A stretch of DNA of 64,000 nucleotides from Candidatus Heimdallarchaeota archaeon. GTDB lineage: Archaea > Asgardarchaeota > Heimdallarchaeia > Heimdallarchaeales > Kariarchaeaceae. Shown here one piece after another: positions 48,837-58,853 of the stretch. The position numbers were made by a program, and so were the translations under genes. The notes under the pieces were generated by a model that was not told the DNA's origin, did not search any database, and saw only the letters and a program-made list of their open reading frames with translations. Each line of letters starts with the position of its first letter. The first letter of the stretch is position 1. The DNA lies in NCBI GenBank assembly GCA_030149205.1, contig JASBSB010000004.1:34058-98057 (forward strand). The letters run 5' to 3'.

Positions 48837-50333
48837 TTACTTATATGGAAAGATTTTATCATAAAGGTAGACTGAAGCATAACTGAAGCTTTCAACAATA
48901 TCATATGGATAATAGTTTACCTTTCCGCTCCAAAATTCATTAAGTGGTTTATTTGCATATTTCTCTGGTCTGAGTATTCTATCTTTAACAAGAATATAAT
49001 ACGGAACGATATATCTATCCAAATAATTCATACTTATCATTTTGTGTTTTAATAGATATAAAAAAGTGAAAAGAACCATATTCATTTCTTCATAAACTAA
49101 TTTTTCTTTTTTATCTTCTTTGTCATTAATTAGATTTAAAAGTCGTAAGAGGTACAGCTGAGTGATTTCTTCATTAAATGGTGTGACGGCAAGGATTACC
49201 ATACAAATTTGATTGATTTCTGATACTATATACTTTGAATTCAGCAACACTTTGTCAACATTTTTTTTGAGATACCCTGAAATCTTTTTGATTATGTCTT
49301 CTTTGTTAGCGATGTCTAGAGTTAAAGCTGCCTCCAAAATATGTACATTTGAAACAAACGATGAACCTAATTCAAAGGGATATGTGTAATAATATTCATC
49401 ACCCCGATAGTTTTCCAACACATCAAATAATTTTGAAGAATCTTGGCTACTATACTTATCTAATAATAATAAAGCAATAGATGTGTCATCACTATCGGGA
49501 ATTTGAAAGCTTTTTCCTAAGCTTAATCCATTCTGAATCCATCTAGACTCAATTAAATCTATCTTTCGTTTAACTGGTTCGCTAATGGGGATTTCACTTT
49601 TATAAAAAGGATACAGAGAGTATACATTGTTAAAATTCTCAAAGTCATTTAATGTTTGCACAAGCAACTCTTTAGTTGTAGAGTGAAATAAATAATCTAC
49701 ACCTTTTACTTCGAATCCTTTGACCCTATATTTCAACAATATGGTTGTGCTTGACGGAGAATTCCCCAACGAATTGTTATTCCCAACTAGATTTGCTACA
49801 ATATTTGCATCAATTTCATTGTCAACAACACCTTCCATTGAATGCAACATTGGAGTGTAATCAGTAAAAGCCTTTTTCCCTAATAATTTAAGTTTCATAT
49901 TTTTTGTTTTTTCCAATTCAGAGATTGTGGTTCGATGTGACGATATTTTTTCTGTGATATTCGAAAAAAGCTTTGAATAAGTGAACTCGAAACCGGTGGG
50001 ATAAGTAAAATTTGATTTAAACACCTTTTCATGTCGATCTAAAAGCCAGGATAACCCTCTTTCAAACTTCTCAATGTACTCTGGTTTTTTATAATATCCT
50101 AGTTCCACCATCATTGAAAGTACACTGGCTGTGTTTACCAAGTTGTCAAATGGTGTGTTGGGATTATTTGCCCCCCAACTTCCGTCATTTTTCTGATGCA
50201 TCAACACGCTTTTTGCATGTCTAGGAAACCTAGGATTTCCTAATATATCCTTAACAGACCCCACATAAGCTGTGTCATATATTGTTCCTTTCATACCTCT
50301 TACCCCAAGGTTGAACAAAAATGATGATATCAT
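48837..50333 (-). CDS. class II terpene cyclase-like protein (copalyl-diphosphate-synthase/squalene-hopene-cyclase fold)
   Basis: N-terminal IYDTAYVGS resembles the conserved SAYDTAWVA motif of class II diterpene synthases. HQKNDGSWG is a QW/DGSWG-type repeat. IPDSDDTSIALLL matches the catalytic DxDDTA motif. The track ORF extends to 50525; start chosen at the in-frame ATG at 50331-50333 (alternatives at 50294 and 50354). Confidence 0.5.
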   Translation of the reverse strand: MISSFLFNLGVRGMKGTIYDTAYVGSVKDILGNPRFPRHAKSVLMHQKNDGSWGANNPNTPFDNLVNTASVLSMMVELGYYKKPEYIEKFERGLSWLLDRHEKVFKSNFTYPTGFEFTYSKLFSNITEKISSHRTTISELEKTKNMKLKLLGKKAFTDYTPMLHSMEGVVDNEIDANIVANLVGNNNSLGNSPSSTTILLKYRVKGFEVKGVDYLFHSTTKELLVQTLNDFENFNNVYSLYPFYKSEIPISEPVKRKIDLIESRWIQNGLSLGKSFQIPDSDDTSIALLLLDKYSSQDSSKLFDVLENYRGDEYYYTYPFELGSSFVSNVHILEAALTLDIANKEDIIKKISGYLKKNVDKVLLNSKYIVSEINQICMVILAVTPFNEEITQLYLLRLLNLINDKEDKKEKLVYEEMNMVLFTFLYLLKHKMISMNYLDRYIVPYYILVKDRILRPEKYANKPLNEFWSGKVNYYPYDIVESFSYASVYLYDKIFPYK

Positions 50334-50568
50334 CTCTTCTTTTGCGTTTATCATTAGGAGTACGACTCTTAATCTTTTTTTGTATAAAAAGGTAACGAAA
50401 TAATGTCTTGAAAAGAAATTTTGCTGATGTTTTACACATCCCATTGAATTATTGCTACCTGAAAAGTAGTTATTAGGCCAGAATACTTTCGGTGTGCTCT
50501 CTCTCCTGCCAGAATCCTGATTCAAAAGTGTTTTAGTCTAGAAGTACCAAATATATTTAGAAAAAATA

Positions 50569-51492
50569 ATGGCAGTAAGTAATCATGAAGGTGTTGAAAG
50601 TACAAAAACACAAAATAATAAGACTACAGAAAGTCAAGCAGCAAAATCTGCATTAGAAAAATTGGCTGTAAATTCTTATTCGTTTGAAAGCGCCTTTTCG
50701 GTTCTCAAAAAACGACAGCAATACTTTCGGATATCCACTGGAGCAAAATCACTAGATGAAATATTAGGTGGTGGAATCGAACCTTCAGCAATCACAGAAT
50801 TTTATGGTGAGTTTAGAACTGGAAAGACACAGATTTGTTTGCAGTTGGCAGTTCATACAGTCATGTCGAAGGAGCTTGGTGGTTTGGATGGAAAGGTGAT
50901 TTACATTGACACTGAGGCAACCTTTAGACCAGAGAGGCTTCTGCAGATGGCAAAGCGATACACATTAACTGATGTTCTTGAAAATATCTATGTTGGCAGA
51001 CCCCAAAGTGTAAAAGAACAGATGCAGTTAGTACAGGAGCTTAATGATATAAAGCCAGATGAAAACGTAAAGCTTTTGGTTCTTGATTCCTTAACCAGTC
51101 ACTTTCGAGCAGAATACATTGGGACACCTCAGTTATTGGAAAGACAGCAACTCTTAAACAAACATATGAGTGACCTGCTGAAACTGGCACTAAACAAAAA
51201 TATCGCTGTTGTTGTAACAAATCAAGTGATTTCAAATTTCTTGACTAATGACAAACTTGCAGTTCAAGCGGTTGGAGGACATATTGTGGCACATGCATCC
51301 ACACACAGACTTGAGTTAAGCAGGCCATACTCTCAGCCCAGTCAAAAACCATTTCTAAACGCAAAGCTTGTGGATTCTCCAAACCTTCCTGAAGCCACAG
51401 CATATTATGAAATCACTGCATTTGGTATTGAAGATATTAAAAGTAAAATAAATCCGAAACTTTTACAGGAAATTCAAAAACAGAAACATTAA
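50569..51492 (+). CDS. RadA/Rad51-family recombinase paralogue
   Basis: Strong colinearity with archaeal RadA core (LDEILGGGIE..AITEFYGEFRTGKTQ...IDTEATFRPERL...LLVLDSLTSHFRAEYIG...LLERQQ.L.KH...VVVTNQV). The Walker A has RTGKT instead of GSGKT, and the N-terminal HhH domain is degenerate. Confidence 0.65.
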   Translation: MAVSNHEGVESTKTQNNKTTESQAAKSALEKLAVNSYSFESAFSVLKKRQQYFRISTGAKSLDEILGGGIEPSAITEFYGEFRTGKTQICLQLAVHTVMSKELGGLDGKVIYIDTEATFRPERLLQMAKRYTLTDVLENIYVGRPQSVKEQMQLVQELNDIKPDENVKLLVLDSLTSHFRAEYIGTPQLLERQQLLNKHMSDLLKLALNKNIAVVVTNQVISNFLTNDKLAVQAVGGHIVAHASTHRLELSRPYSQPSQKPFLNAKLVDSPNLPEATAYYEITAFGIEDIKSKINPKLLQEIQKQKH

Positions 51493-51493
51493 T

Positions 51494-52699
51494 TTATTTC
51501 TCTAGCAACATTTCAAGACCAGTTTCCTCTATAAAACCTCTGGCCTTGTTTGCCTGTTCAGCAAGCATTTGTGATGAGGCAGTCATCTCTTCCATCGATG
51601 AGGTCATCTCCTCAGCCACCGATGCAACTTCTTCGGCTGATGCAGCAGTTTCCTCAGAGAGAGCTGCAATTTCCTCAACCTTCTGATAGATCTCCTCAAA
51701 TGCCTTGGTCAACTCATCAGAAACTGATTGGGATACCTTTTGGATGTTTTCTGAGGCAACCTTTGATTCATCTGAAAGTCTTCTTACATTATCCGCAACA
51801 ACAGCAAACCCCCTTCCATAATCGCCTGCTCGTGATGCTTCAATTCCAGCATTCAGAGCAAGAATATTTGTCTGAATTGCAATCTTGCTGACCTCTCCAG
51901 AGTTTTCCTGAATGGTGCCAACGATCCTCTGTACATTGGCTTTTACATTGTCTAACTCATTTAATATCTCCTGAACACGTTTTGCCTGTTCATTTGCAAC
52001 ATCAGACATTGATTGACTGGTAGATGCCACCTCTTCGGCTGATGCATTCATATCCTCTGCGGTGCTGGAGAGTCCCTCTGAGGTCATAGTTATTGTGGAT
52101 GTTGAATTAAGGTTTGTGATTAAATCATTTGTCATCATTAACACATGATTCACTCGCTCACCAAGCGACCCGAATACAGAATCGTTTAAAACTCGTGTGT
52201 TTGTGATTTGATAGCTAAACTTTCCTTGGAGGAAATTTCCAAAAGCAGTATCAAATTCAGTGTAATAAGCTTCCACTTCATTGAGTAGTGATAGAAAAAC
52301 GGAAAATCCAAATATTAGGATTAATGCCATTGGAATTATAAATTCCTGATAATTAAAATTTGTGCTTTTCAATACACCACTAATTAAAAATGCAAAAATG
52401 ACAATTATAATAGCTAACGTAAACTGATGAAACATCAGTCTAACTTTATAATCATTGGTTCCCACTAAAAACATGAAAAGAAATATTGCTATAACCCCAG
52501 GTGAAACAGCAACAATGAAGAAGGTATTCCATTCGCTCCTACTCCAATTAAAGTATGATTGTTGAGTATTTACATATAGTACGAGAAAAATCAAAGTGAA
52601 AAGTGACAATATCTCAAACAAATTAGCCAGTGAGACCTTTCTCGCTCCAACTTGAAAGAGAGTGCCAGTCATAAAATTGCTTCTTGTGTTTTCAGACAT
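51494..52699 (-). CDS. methyl-accepting chemotaxis protein
   Basis: The C-terminal signalling domain is highly conserved (NILALNAGIEASRAGDYGRGFAVVADNVRRLSDES). The N-terminal half has about 6 TM helices. Confidence 0.8.
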   Translation of the reverse strand: MSENTRSNFMTGTLFQVGARKVSLANLFEILSLFTLIFLVLYVNTQQSYFNWSRSEWNTFFIVAVSPGVIAIFLFMFLVGTNDYKVRLMFHQFTLAIIIVIFAFLISGVLKSTNFNYQEFIIPMALILIFGFSVFLSLLNEVEAYYTEFDTAFGNFLQGKFSYQITNTRVLNDSVFGSLGERVNHVLMMTNDLITNLNSTSTITMTSEGLSSTAEDMNASAEEVASTSQSMSDVANEQAKRVQEILNELDNVKANVQRIVGTIQENSGEVSKIAIQTNILALNAGIEASRAGDYGRGFAVVADNVRRLSDESKVASENIQKVSQSVSDELTKAFEEIYQKVEEIAALSEETAASAEEVASVAEEMTSSMEEMTASSQMLAEQANKARGFIEETGLEMLLEK

Positions 52700-52855
52700 G
52701 TCGAATGGTTATCTTCTGTAGGTTATAAATTTTGTCCAAAAAAATGCATGTCACGATTAATTATGCAAAGAAATGAATCAATAATGTAATACTAAAGATT
52801 CATTCCTCCGTCTTTAGCTTAATAAACCCGTATATCATAAGGTATTTGAGAATTT

Positions 52856-53677
52856 TTGAACCTTAAGAAACGTCGTGTTGAGGAGAATCAAGAGCTGCTT
52901 TTTCAGGAGCTGAGAGATTCAAAAAACCCCGTGATTAGACGGGAGGTCACCTCACTATTGAGCAAAGAGGATTACCTGATCTATCTTGCACTCAAGGACG
53001 AAGACAGCTCAATAAGAGAGATAGCCACAAAGAAAATCACAAACCAGGAGGTTTTGAAAAAAATTATTTTAGCGGAGGAATCTTGGACAGTCAGATATGT
53101 GGCTGTGTGGAAGGTACAAAACAAGAATCTGCTGGAAAAGGTGGCAGTCTCAGACACACACTTTCAGGTGAGAGCAGCCGCAGTAAAGAGGCTGGACTCT
53201 CTCGAGCTTTTAAAATCTGTGGCACTCTCTGACCCCCATCCCAGGGTGAAACAAGCGGCTGTGGCACGTATCAAAAATGAGAAGACTCTTGCGGAGCTGG
53301 TATTTTCCTCAAAAGATTCTCAGGTGAGAGAGAGCTGTGCGGATCAGATCTGTACCGAAGAGGTATTGAAGAAAATTGCGTTCACTGACAAAAATGCATG
53401 GGTAAGGTACACTGCGGTAGGGAAAATTTTCGATGATGATGTTCTTATGCAAATCGCACAGACAGACCCAGATGAAAATGTGCGCTATTTTGCGACCAAA
53501 GAGATAAATGATCATGAGAAACTGATCACCCTTGCTTTAAGCTGTCACCATTCTGATGTGCTGAGATGTGTCATTAAGCGACTCAACAATCCTGAGGAGT
53601 TGGCACAGCTTAGAATGCTTGGCAATCAATTTATACAACAACTGATTCAACAGAAAAACAATGAATTCCAAATATGA
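52856..53677 (+). CDS. HEAT/PBS-lyase-like repeat protein
   Basis: About 30-aa repeats each containing (V/P)R..A(V/A)..(I/L/V) (VRYVAVWKV, VRAAAVKRL, PRVKQAAVARI, VRYTAVGKI, VRYFATKEI). TTG start in track. Confidence 0.6.
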   Translation: MNLKKRRVEENQELLFQELRDSKNPVIRREVTSLLSKEDYLIYLALKDEDSSIREIATKKITNQEVLKKIILAEESWTVRYVAVWKVQNKNLLEKVAVSDTHFQVRAAAVKRLDSLELLKSVALSDPHPRVKQAAVARIKNEKTLAELVFSSKDSQVRESCADQICTEEVLKKIAFTDKNAWVRYTAVGKIFDDDVLMQIAQTDPDENVRYFATKEINDHEKLITLALSCHHSDVLRCVIKRLNNPEELAQLRMLGNQFIQQLIQQKNNEFQI

Positions 53678-53776
53678 GAATTATTGCTATCTTAAAATTA
53701 CTGCCACAATTATTGAAGATACATTTATCCATTTTATAAGCTCAAGCTATAAATTTGAGAACTTTTCTTTCAGGTA

Positions 53777-54211
53777 ATGATCAAGGTACCCATCACCCAT
53801 AAAACTCTGGTGCGAGCTCCTCAGAAAGATGTCTTTGATGCGATGACCAAACCTCACCTGCTTAATCAATGGTTTACTGAGGGAACCACTGCTGACCTAA
53901 TAAACGGTGGTGAGCTTATTCTCAGGTGGAAGGATTGGGGTCCAGATAAAGTTACAACAGAAGCTACTTGTCCTATTGTTACCTATCAACCTAGCTCTAA
54001 GTTTGTGTTTAAATGGTGGGAAGACCATTACACAACAGTTTCAATTCATTTCCAAAAACTCAGTGATTCTGAAACTCTCGTCCTATTATCTGAGGAGGGG
54101 TATGAAGACAATGAGGAGGGTTGGAGAAGATGTCTAGAGTGTGCCACAGGTTGGGGAGAGGCAATTACTCTCCTCAAGATATTTGTTGAACATGGTATCT
54201 CTTACAAATGA
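53777..54211 (+). CDS. SRPBCC-superfamily protein (AHSA1/activator-of-Hsp90-ATPase-like)
   Basis: 144 aa. The pattern AP.e.V..A.T.P..L..W...G (VRAPQKDVFDAMTKPHLLNQWFTEG) is typical of the AHSA1/polyketide-cyclase-like fold. Confidence 0.65.
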   Translation: MIKVPITHKTLVRAPQKDVFDAMTKPHLLNQWFTEGTTADLINGGELILRWKDWGPDKVTTEATCPIVTYQPSSKFVFKWWEDHYTTVSIHFQKLSDSETLVLLSEEGYEDNEEGWRRCLECATGWGEAITLLKIFVEHGISYK

Positions 54212-54236
54212 ATATTCACGTATGTCTTCCAAAAAA

Positions 54237-54350
54237 TTACCAAACATCTACCAAACCTTTACCAAACATCTACCAAGTATCTACCAAGCATCTATCAAAC
54301 ATCTATCAACAATTCCCAATCATTTATCAAATATCCATCAAACATTTGCC
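54237..54350. repeat. degenerate 11-12-bp tandem repeat array (TACCAAACATC-like units, about 9 copies), intergenic
   Basis: ACCAAACATCTACCAAACCTTTACCAAACATCTACCAAGTATCTACCAAGCATCTATCAAACATCTATCAACAATTCCCAATCATTTATCAAATATCCATCAAACATTTGCC. The track ORFs crossing it are frame artefacts. Confidence 0.6.
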
Positions 54351-54527
54351 AAGCTTATTCCGAACAACTTTCAAAGATTTTCCTCGGGTTTTTCAAAATT
54401 ATCATTTTCATATCAAATTTCCATTTAGGTATATTAGTCGTAAATTATATGCTAATAATAACAAATTGTATCTGACAATTGTTTACCTTACTCCCTCAAA
54501 GTTCAAAAGTCATGAGAAGCTTAATCG

Positions 54528-55655
54528 TTGATGGAAACAGAGGATATCCTGTATCAGTTTCAGATCATTATCGGGAGCATCTGGTTCTTGCTTTACTTTG
54601 AGATTCTGTTGCACTTGTTCTCCATGATATTTGTCCTCAACTTCACAACTGCCGGGATTAATTCCACTGTATTCTTGGTTCTTCTGACCCTTACTGGTAT
54701 CAGTATCCCAGTGGTTCAAAGAAAAATCTTTCAATCAAAAAATACCTTGTATTTTACCATAGTGGTTGCTGGAGTTTCAGGTATGTTAACTGTTGTTCCT
54801 AATGCACTGTTCTCGATAATCATCTCCTTAGGTTTTCTCTATTTCAGCCTTCCATTGATCTTGATGATTGCAAATCATGTCAACAGACGTTTTGTCTTTT
54901 CAATCTCATATGCATTAGTTTTGGAATATTTCTTTCAATCAATGTTTGAGGGCATTGGGTTCTTTGGAACTGTCGTTAATAAAACCATACTTGCATTTCT
55001 GGTTCTGTTTTGGACTGCTTTGTCACTTTACTTCTTAAACAAGTATTATCATGACTACATAGAATCACCAAGTGCTCAGACAAATAACTTTACCATGGTG
55101 ATGATTTTTGGCTATTTTTTTATTACAACCCTAGAATCACCATATCTTATCGCATCCTGGATTAACCCCCACAGTATTTTTGGTCTTAACGGAACCAACA
55201 ATTTCTTCTATGTCGTAAAACTTTCCCTGATCCTATTTTTTGCATTGGGTGCTGTGTTGTTGGATTTATTGACCTATCGAGAGGATTTTTCTCTGTGGTT
55301 TCTAAGAGGAAGATATACACCTGTTATTTTATCTGGGGCCTTTCTTGTAGGATTGGCAGATCTGATGTGGTTGGATCTTATCACCCCCATTGATATTTTT
55401 ATTCTTGTCTATGTGTCATTGACCTTTATCCGGGAAAGTGGTCATGCGTACAGACAAAATGGGCACAATAAGCTTATAATTCTGCAAATCATACAAACAT
55501 TGTTGATATTTCTTTATGCAACAGCTGGGAATTGGGCATTTGTTCCAGGTGTCTTAAAGCCCATAGTCAGAAACAACGCACCCCTATTCATTTTTTTGAC
55601 AGGTGTTGTAGTTGTAATTACATATTTAGTATCAAGAGGTGCTGATATTACATGA
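54528..55655 (+). CDS. hypothetical multi-pass membrane protein
   Basis: 375 aa with about 10 TM helices. Overlaps the next gene by 4 nt. Confidence 0.45.
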   Translation: MMETEDILYQFQIIIGSIWFLLYFEILLHLFSMIFVLNFTTAGINSTVFLVLLTLTGISIPVVQRKIFQSKNTLYFTIVVAGVSGMLTVVPNALFSIIISLGFLYFSLPLILMIANHVNRRFVFSISYALVLEYFFQSMFEGIGFFGTVVNKTILAFLVLFWTALSLYFLNKYYHDYIESPSAQTNNFTMVMIFGYFFITTLESPYLIASWINPHSIFGLNGTNNFFYVVKLSLILFFALGAVLLDLLTYREDFSLWFLRGRYTPVILSGAFLVGLADLMWLDLITPIDIFILVYVSLTFIRESGHAYRQNGHNKLIILQIIQTLLIFLYATAGNWAFVPGVLKPIVRNNAPLFIFLTGVVVVITYLVSRGADIT

Positions 55656-56503
55656 GATATAGAACAAACATCCTGGTTGTGTTGTTAATGGTCTCAACAT
55701 TGGTCTATCCACCAATAGTTTATATTGCACATAGACCTCCTCAGACCTCTCCACCAGAGTATCTAAAGGTTATGACCTTCAACATCCACCAATTTTTTGT
55801 CGAAGATTATGTTTCTATATCAGAAAAGACAGGAGAATTGAATTTCAATAATCTTTTACAGACAATCTATGAGATAAATCCAGACATTATAGGTCTACAA
55901 GAAAGCGAAGGTGGGAGATTAACTCATGGAAACCTAAATGGAGTTCATTGGTTGGCAACTAAGCTCAAAATGTATTATTTCTTTGGACCTGAAACAAGTG
56001 ATCAGATCTATGGGGTGTCATTGCTCTCGAAATTTCCAATCTCCTCTGCTGAGGTTATCCCACTCCCAAACCAAGAATCCATTGAAAGGGTTTTGGTAAG
56101 AGCAACATTAGCCATAGGAACCAAAAATGTCCAGGTCATGATCACCCATCTTCAGACAAGTTCATACAAGCTAGACCAAAGATTACAGGTACAAAAAATA
56201 ATTTCTGAGATCGGGACGACACCCACGCTACTTTTAGGTGACTTTAACACACGCTCAGACCTGAACGATGAGGCATACACCATGCTTAATGCAAGGTATG
56301 ATGACGCATTTGAGATGGCAGGTAACAACCCCAACTCATCCTTAGGATTTAGCTCACCAGCTGGGAATCCCTCTCACAGAGTGGACTACATTTGGTTGAC
56401 AAGAGGCCATTGGCTTGTTAAGTCAGATTCTGTCAAAACAGCAGGAAATGAGTTTGTTTCAGATCATCTTGCTGTGTATGGCTTGATAAAGATCAATTTT
56501 TAA
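55652..56503 (+). CDS. endonuclease/exonuclease/phosphatase (EEP) family protein, probably secreted or membrane-anchored
   Basis: N-terminal TM/signal helix. EEP motifs GLQESEGG, ITHLQT, LLLGDFNTRSD, SDHLAVYG. Confidence 0.7.
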   Translation: MRYRTNILVVLLMVSTLVYPPIVYIAHRPPQTSPPEYLKVMTFNIHQFFVEDYVSISEKTGELNFNNLLQTIYEINPDIIGLQESEGGRLTHGNLNGVHWLATKLKMYYFFGPETSDQIYGVSLLSKFPISSAEVIPLPNQESIERVLVRATLAIGTKNVQVMITHLQTSSYKLDQRLQVQKIISEIGTTPTLLLGDFNTRSDLNDEAYTMLNARYDDAFEMAGNNPNSSLGFSSPAGNPSHRVDYIWLTRGHWLVKSDSVKTAGNEFVSDHLAVYGLIKINF

Positions 56504-56539
56504 AATTTTTAAGGGTGTTTTTAAGAGAAACCCGCAGCT

Positions 56540-57145
56540 TTAAAATAGGTCATTTTTACGATGCTTTGGACAAACTGGACTTCTGTACTCAACGGTTCCA
56601 GCCCCTAAGGTTATTTCATATATATTTAACATTCTTGTCTTCTTTCCACAGAAATGACAATAAAAATGATCCTGAGTGATCTCAGTCCTGGTTGGAAACC
56701 TATAGAATCGGTTATGAATCCTTCTCTTTTCGTTTTGCCAATTTGAGGTTAACTCCATCCCAAACTGAGTGTTCTTTGGTCTGTCTCCTGTTTTCGATGT
56801 GATATAATACCAGAGAATGAGGTCAAACAACTGAACAAGTTTTTGTGTTGGTATCAATCTTACAGCATTGATCTTGATTATGAACTCCTCAAGGTTTATC
56901 TGCACATCTACACGGTTCATCGTATCATATTTAGTTTCCATATATTTTTTATCTATTGAGGACATTGCTTGAGCAAGCTTCTCAACCAAATTATACAATA
57001 TCTTCTGCTTTCTGAGTTGTGAGGTTTTAAACACAATATACAACTCATTGGACTCAACCCGAATCAGCTTTTCTTTGATAGTTAGATTGAAGCTTTGAGC
57101 AAATACCTTCATTAATTCAATTGGGTATTGCAGTTGAAGTTTCAT
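56540..57145 (-). CDS. hypothetical protein with C-terminal zinc-ribbon-like CxxC...CxxH
   Basis: 201 aa. CHFCGKKT...SPVCPKH at the C-terminus. Confidence 0.35.
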   Translation of the reverse strand: MKLQLQYPIELMKVFAQSFNLTIKEKLIRVESNELYIVFKTSQLRKQKILYNLVEKLAQAMSSIDKKYMETKYDTMNRVDVQINLEEFIIKINAVRLIPTQKLVQLFDLILWYYITSKTGDRPKNTQFGMELTSNWQNEKRRIHNRFYRFPTRTEITQDHFYCHFCGKKTRMLNIYEITLGAGTVEYRSPVCPKHRKNDLF

Positions 57146-57363
57146 CTTATACTATATAATATACTTTCTCCTTTATAAAGCTCTTCAGACTGGCATAAAA
57201 GTGAATATTTATTTGCTTTTCCTTCATCTTTTTAAATCTTTGATTTGGTCAGAATAAACTGAAAGTTTTGTGCATCAGGGTTAGTTATGTATTTCTTATT
57301 GATATTCACCACAGCAAGGACTTCAACCTATAAGGTTATCTAAGGACTGAACTTTGGACACAA

Positions 57364-58296
57364 GTGGTAGTCTCTGCAGCAGTCTTTGCACTTGTCAGTG
57401 TTGTGATCTTCAGTGTTACCTCAGTTTACACCAAATTTCTTATCCCACAGCTTGGTGGTCCCTACAAATTTCTTGCCACTCAACTTACAATAGGTGGGGT
57501 ATTCACAACAGCTATCCTGCTCTTTTCAGGTGATACAATACCTCAAGACCTGCTCCACTCACAGTCTGTTCAATTGGAATTTCTGATATCATCACTGTTT
57601 GCCTTCTTTGGTTTTCTAACCCTGATGCAGGGCTTTGCAAAGGGAAATGCCTCTGTGGGTGGAATCTTTATCTCCTCCAGATTGATCATCAGTATTCCCA
57701 CTGCCTTCATTTTCCTTGGAGAAAAATTCCCACCTTATATCTATCTTTTTATTTTTGTCACTTTTATTGGTGCCATCATAGTCTCATGGGATGAAAGCCT
57801 ATCATTAGGGGACGTACTCTTCTTTCGTGCAAAGGGTGTAAAATGGTTTCTCATGACAATGATCTTCTGGGCACTATCGAATGTATTTATTCGTAAACTT
57901 AGCCCCTCTTTGTCCACAGTACAGTTCATTGCTTACAGACAGTTAGTTATGATAGCTCTGGTTTGGATCTTTTGGGTAAAGTTCCATGCATACTTCGACC
58001 CTGAAGATAAAAAGGTCACCCTCACGAAGGTTAGAAACGTTGTGCTTTATCTCTTAATGACATTGACTGCCCAGTTTCTCTTTGTCTATGCCCTTCAACA
58101 ATCATTGACACTCTCTGAGGGGATTGGGGTCTTTGAAGGAGTATCAACATTTCTTGTCAGCCTGCTCTTTGCCAAATTCTATGGCAATGAGGTCTTACAA
58201 GAACAGCTAAGCAAGCGTGGGCTTATTATTCGGAGTGTTGGAGTTGTCCTCGCAACGTCTGGAACCCTTCTGATTATTCTTACTCAACAGTTTTGA
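57364..58296 (+). CDS. DMT/EamA-like transporter family membrane protein
   Basis: 310 aa with about 10 TM helices arranged as two 5-TM halves. Assignment by topology only. Confidence 0.45.
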   Translation: MVVSAAVFALVSVVIFSVTSVYTKFLIPQLGGPYKFLATQLTIGGVFTTAILLFSGDTIPQDLLHSQSVQLEFLISSLFAFFGFLTLMQGFAKGNASVGGIFISSRLIISIPTAFIFLGEKFPPYIYLFIFVTFIGAIIVSWDESLSLGDVLFFRAKGVKWFLMTMIFWALSNVFIRKLSPSLSTVQFIAYRQLVMIALVWIFWVKFHAYFDPEDKKVTLTKVRNVVLYLLMTLTAQFLFVYALQQSLTLSEGIGVFEGVSTFLVSLLFAKFYGNEVLQEQLSKRGLIIRSVGVVLATSGTLLIILTQQF

Positions 58297-58371
58297 CTTG
58301 GATTAGAGGATCCAAGGAATACCTGCCCTGATTATACAGCAGTTTAAATACTACATTTTGAATTCTGCCTG

Positions 58372-58719
58372 ATGAGACTCTCTCTCACATTTTCAAAAGA
58401 GTTCTGGGAGTTTGTCAAAGACTGTGCAGAGAGCCCAGAGCTGATCAATCAGGAAGATGAGCTGCCTGTGTTTATTGAAAAGATGATCATCTTCTCATTC
58501 GGTCACTTTCACCCTATTCCACCCCATATAATCTATAATGCCCCTGCAATTCTTCCTGATACCAAATTTCTGCTGACCGATTATTACATAAACAAAGAGA
58601 CCATAGATTCGTACAAACGCGAGTCCAAAGCCCATGAGTCAGTTGATATGTTTATTATGAGACGCGTCTATGAGAACTGGGAGGAGCTGACCACAATATT
58701 TTATGAGGTACTCAGATAA
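58372..58719 (+). CDS. hypothetical protein
   Basis: 115-aa ORF with no motifs. Confidence 0.3.
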   Translation: MRLSLTFSKEFWEFVKDCAESPELINQEDELPVFIEKMIIFSFGHFHPIPPHIIYNAPAILPDTKFLLTDYYINKETIDSYKRESKAHESVDMFIMRRVYENWEELTTIFYEVLR

Positions 58720-58853
58720 CTATTCAGAGAATTATTCAATAATCATTCAGTAATTATTCAGACAACTATTGCGTATAGCGGGGCTTAAACGCAAAAAAAA
58801 CTGTTGATGCAAAGCTGCAAAACTTAGGATCCAAAAACTGAGACACGATGAAC

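Noticed and set aside
50334-50525. N-terminal 64-codon extension of the terpene-cyclase-like ORF
   Set aside because: The extension is basic and low-complexity and precedes the conserved IYDTAYV motif by more than 75 residues. Bacterial homologues start about 15-20 aa before that motif. An in-frame ATG at 50331-50333 fits.
54141-54531. ORFs 54141..54428 and 54208..54531 with low-complexity translations (KHLP.IYQ...)
   Set aside because: These are frame artefacts of the 11-12-bp tandem repeat array. They have no start context and overlap each other.
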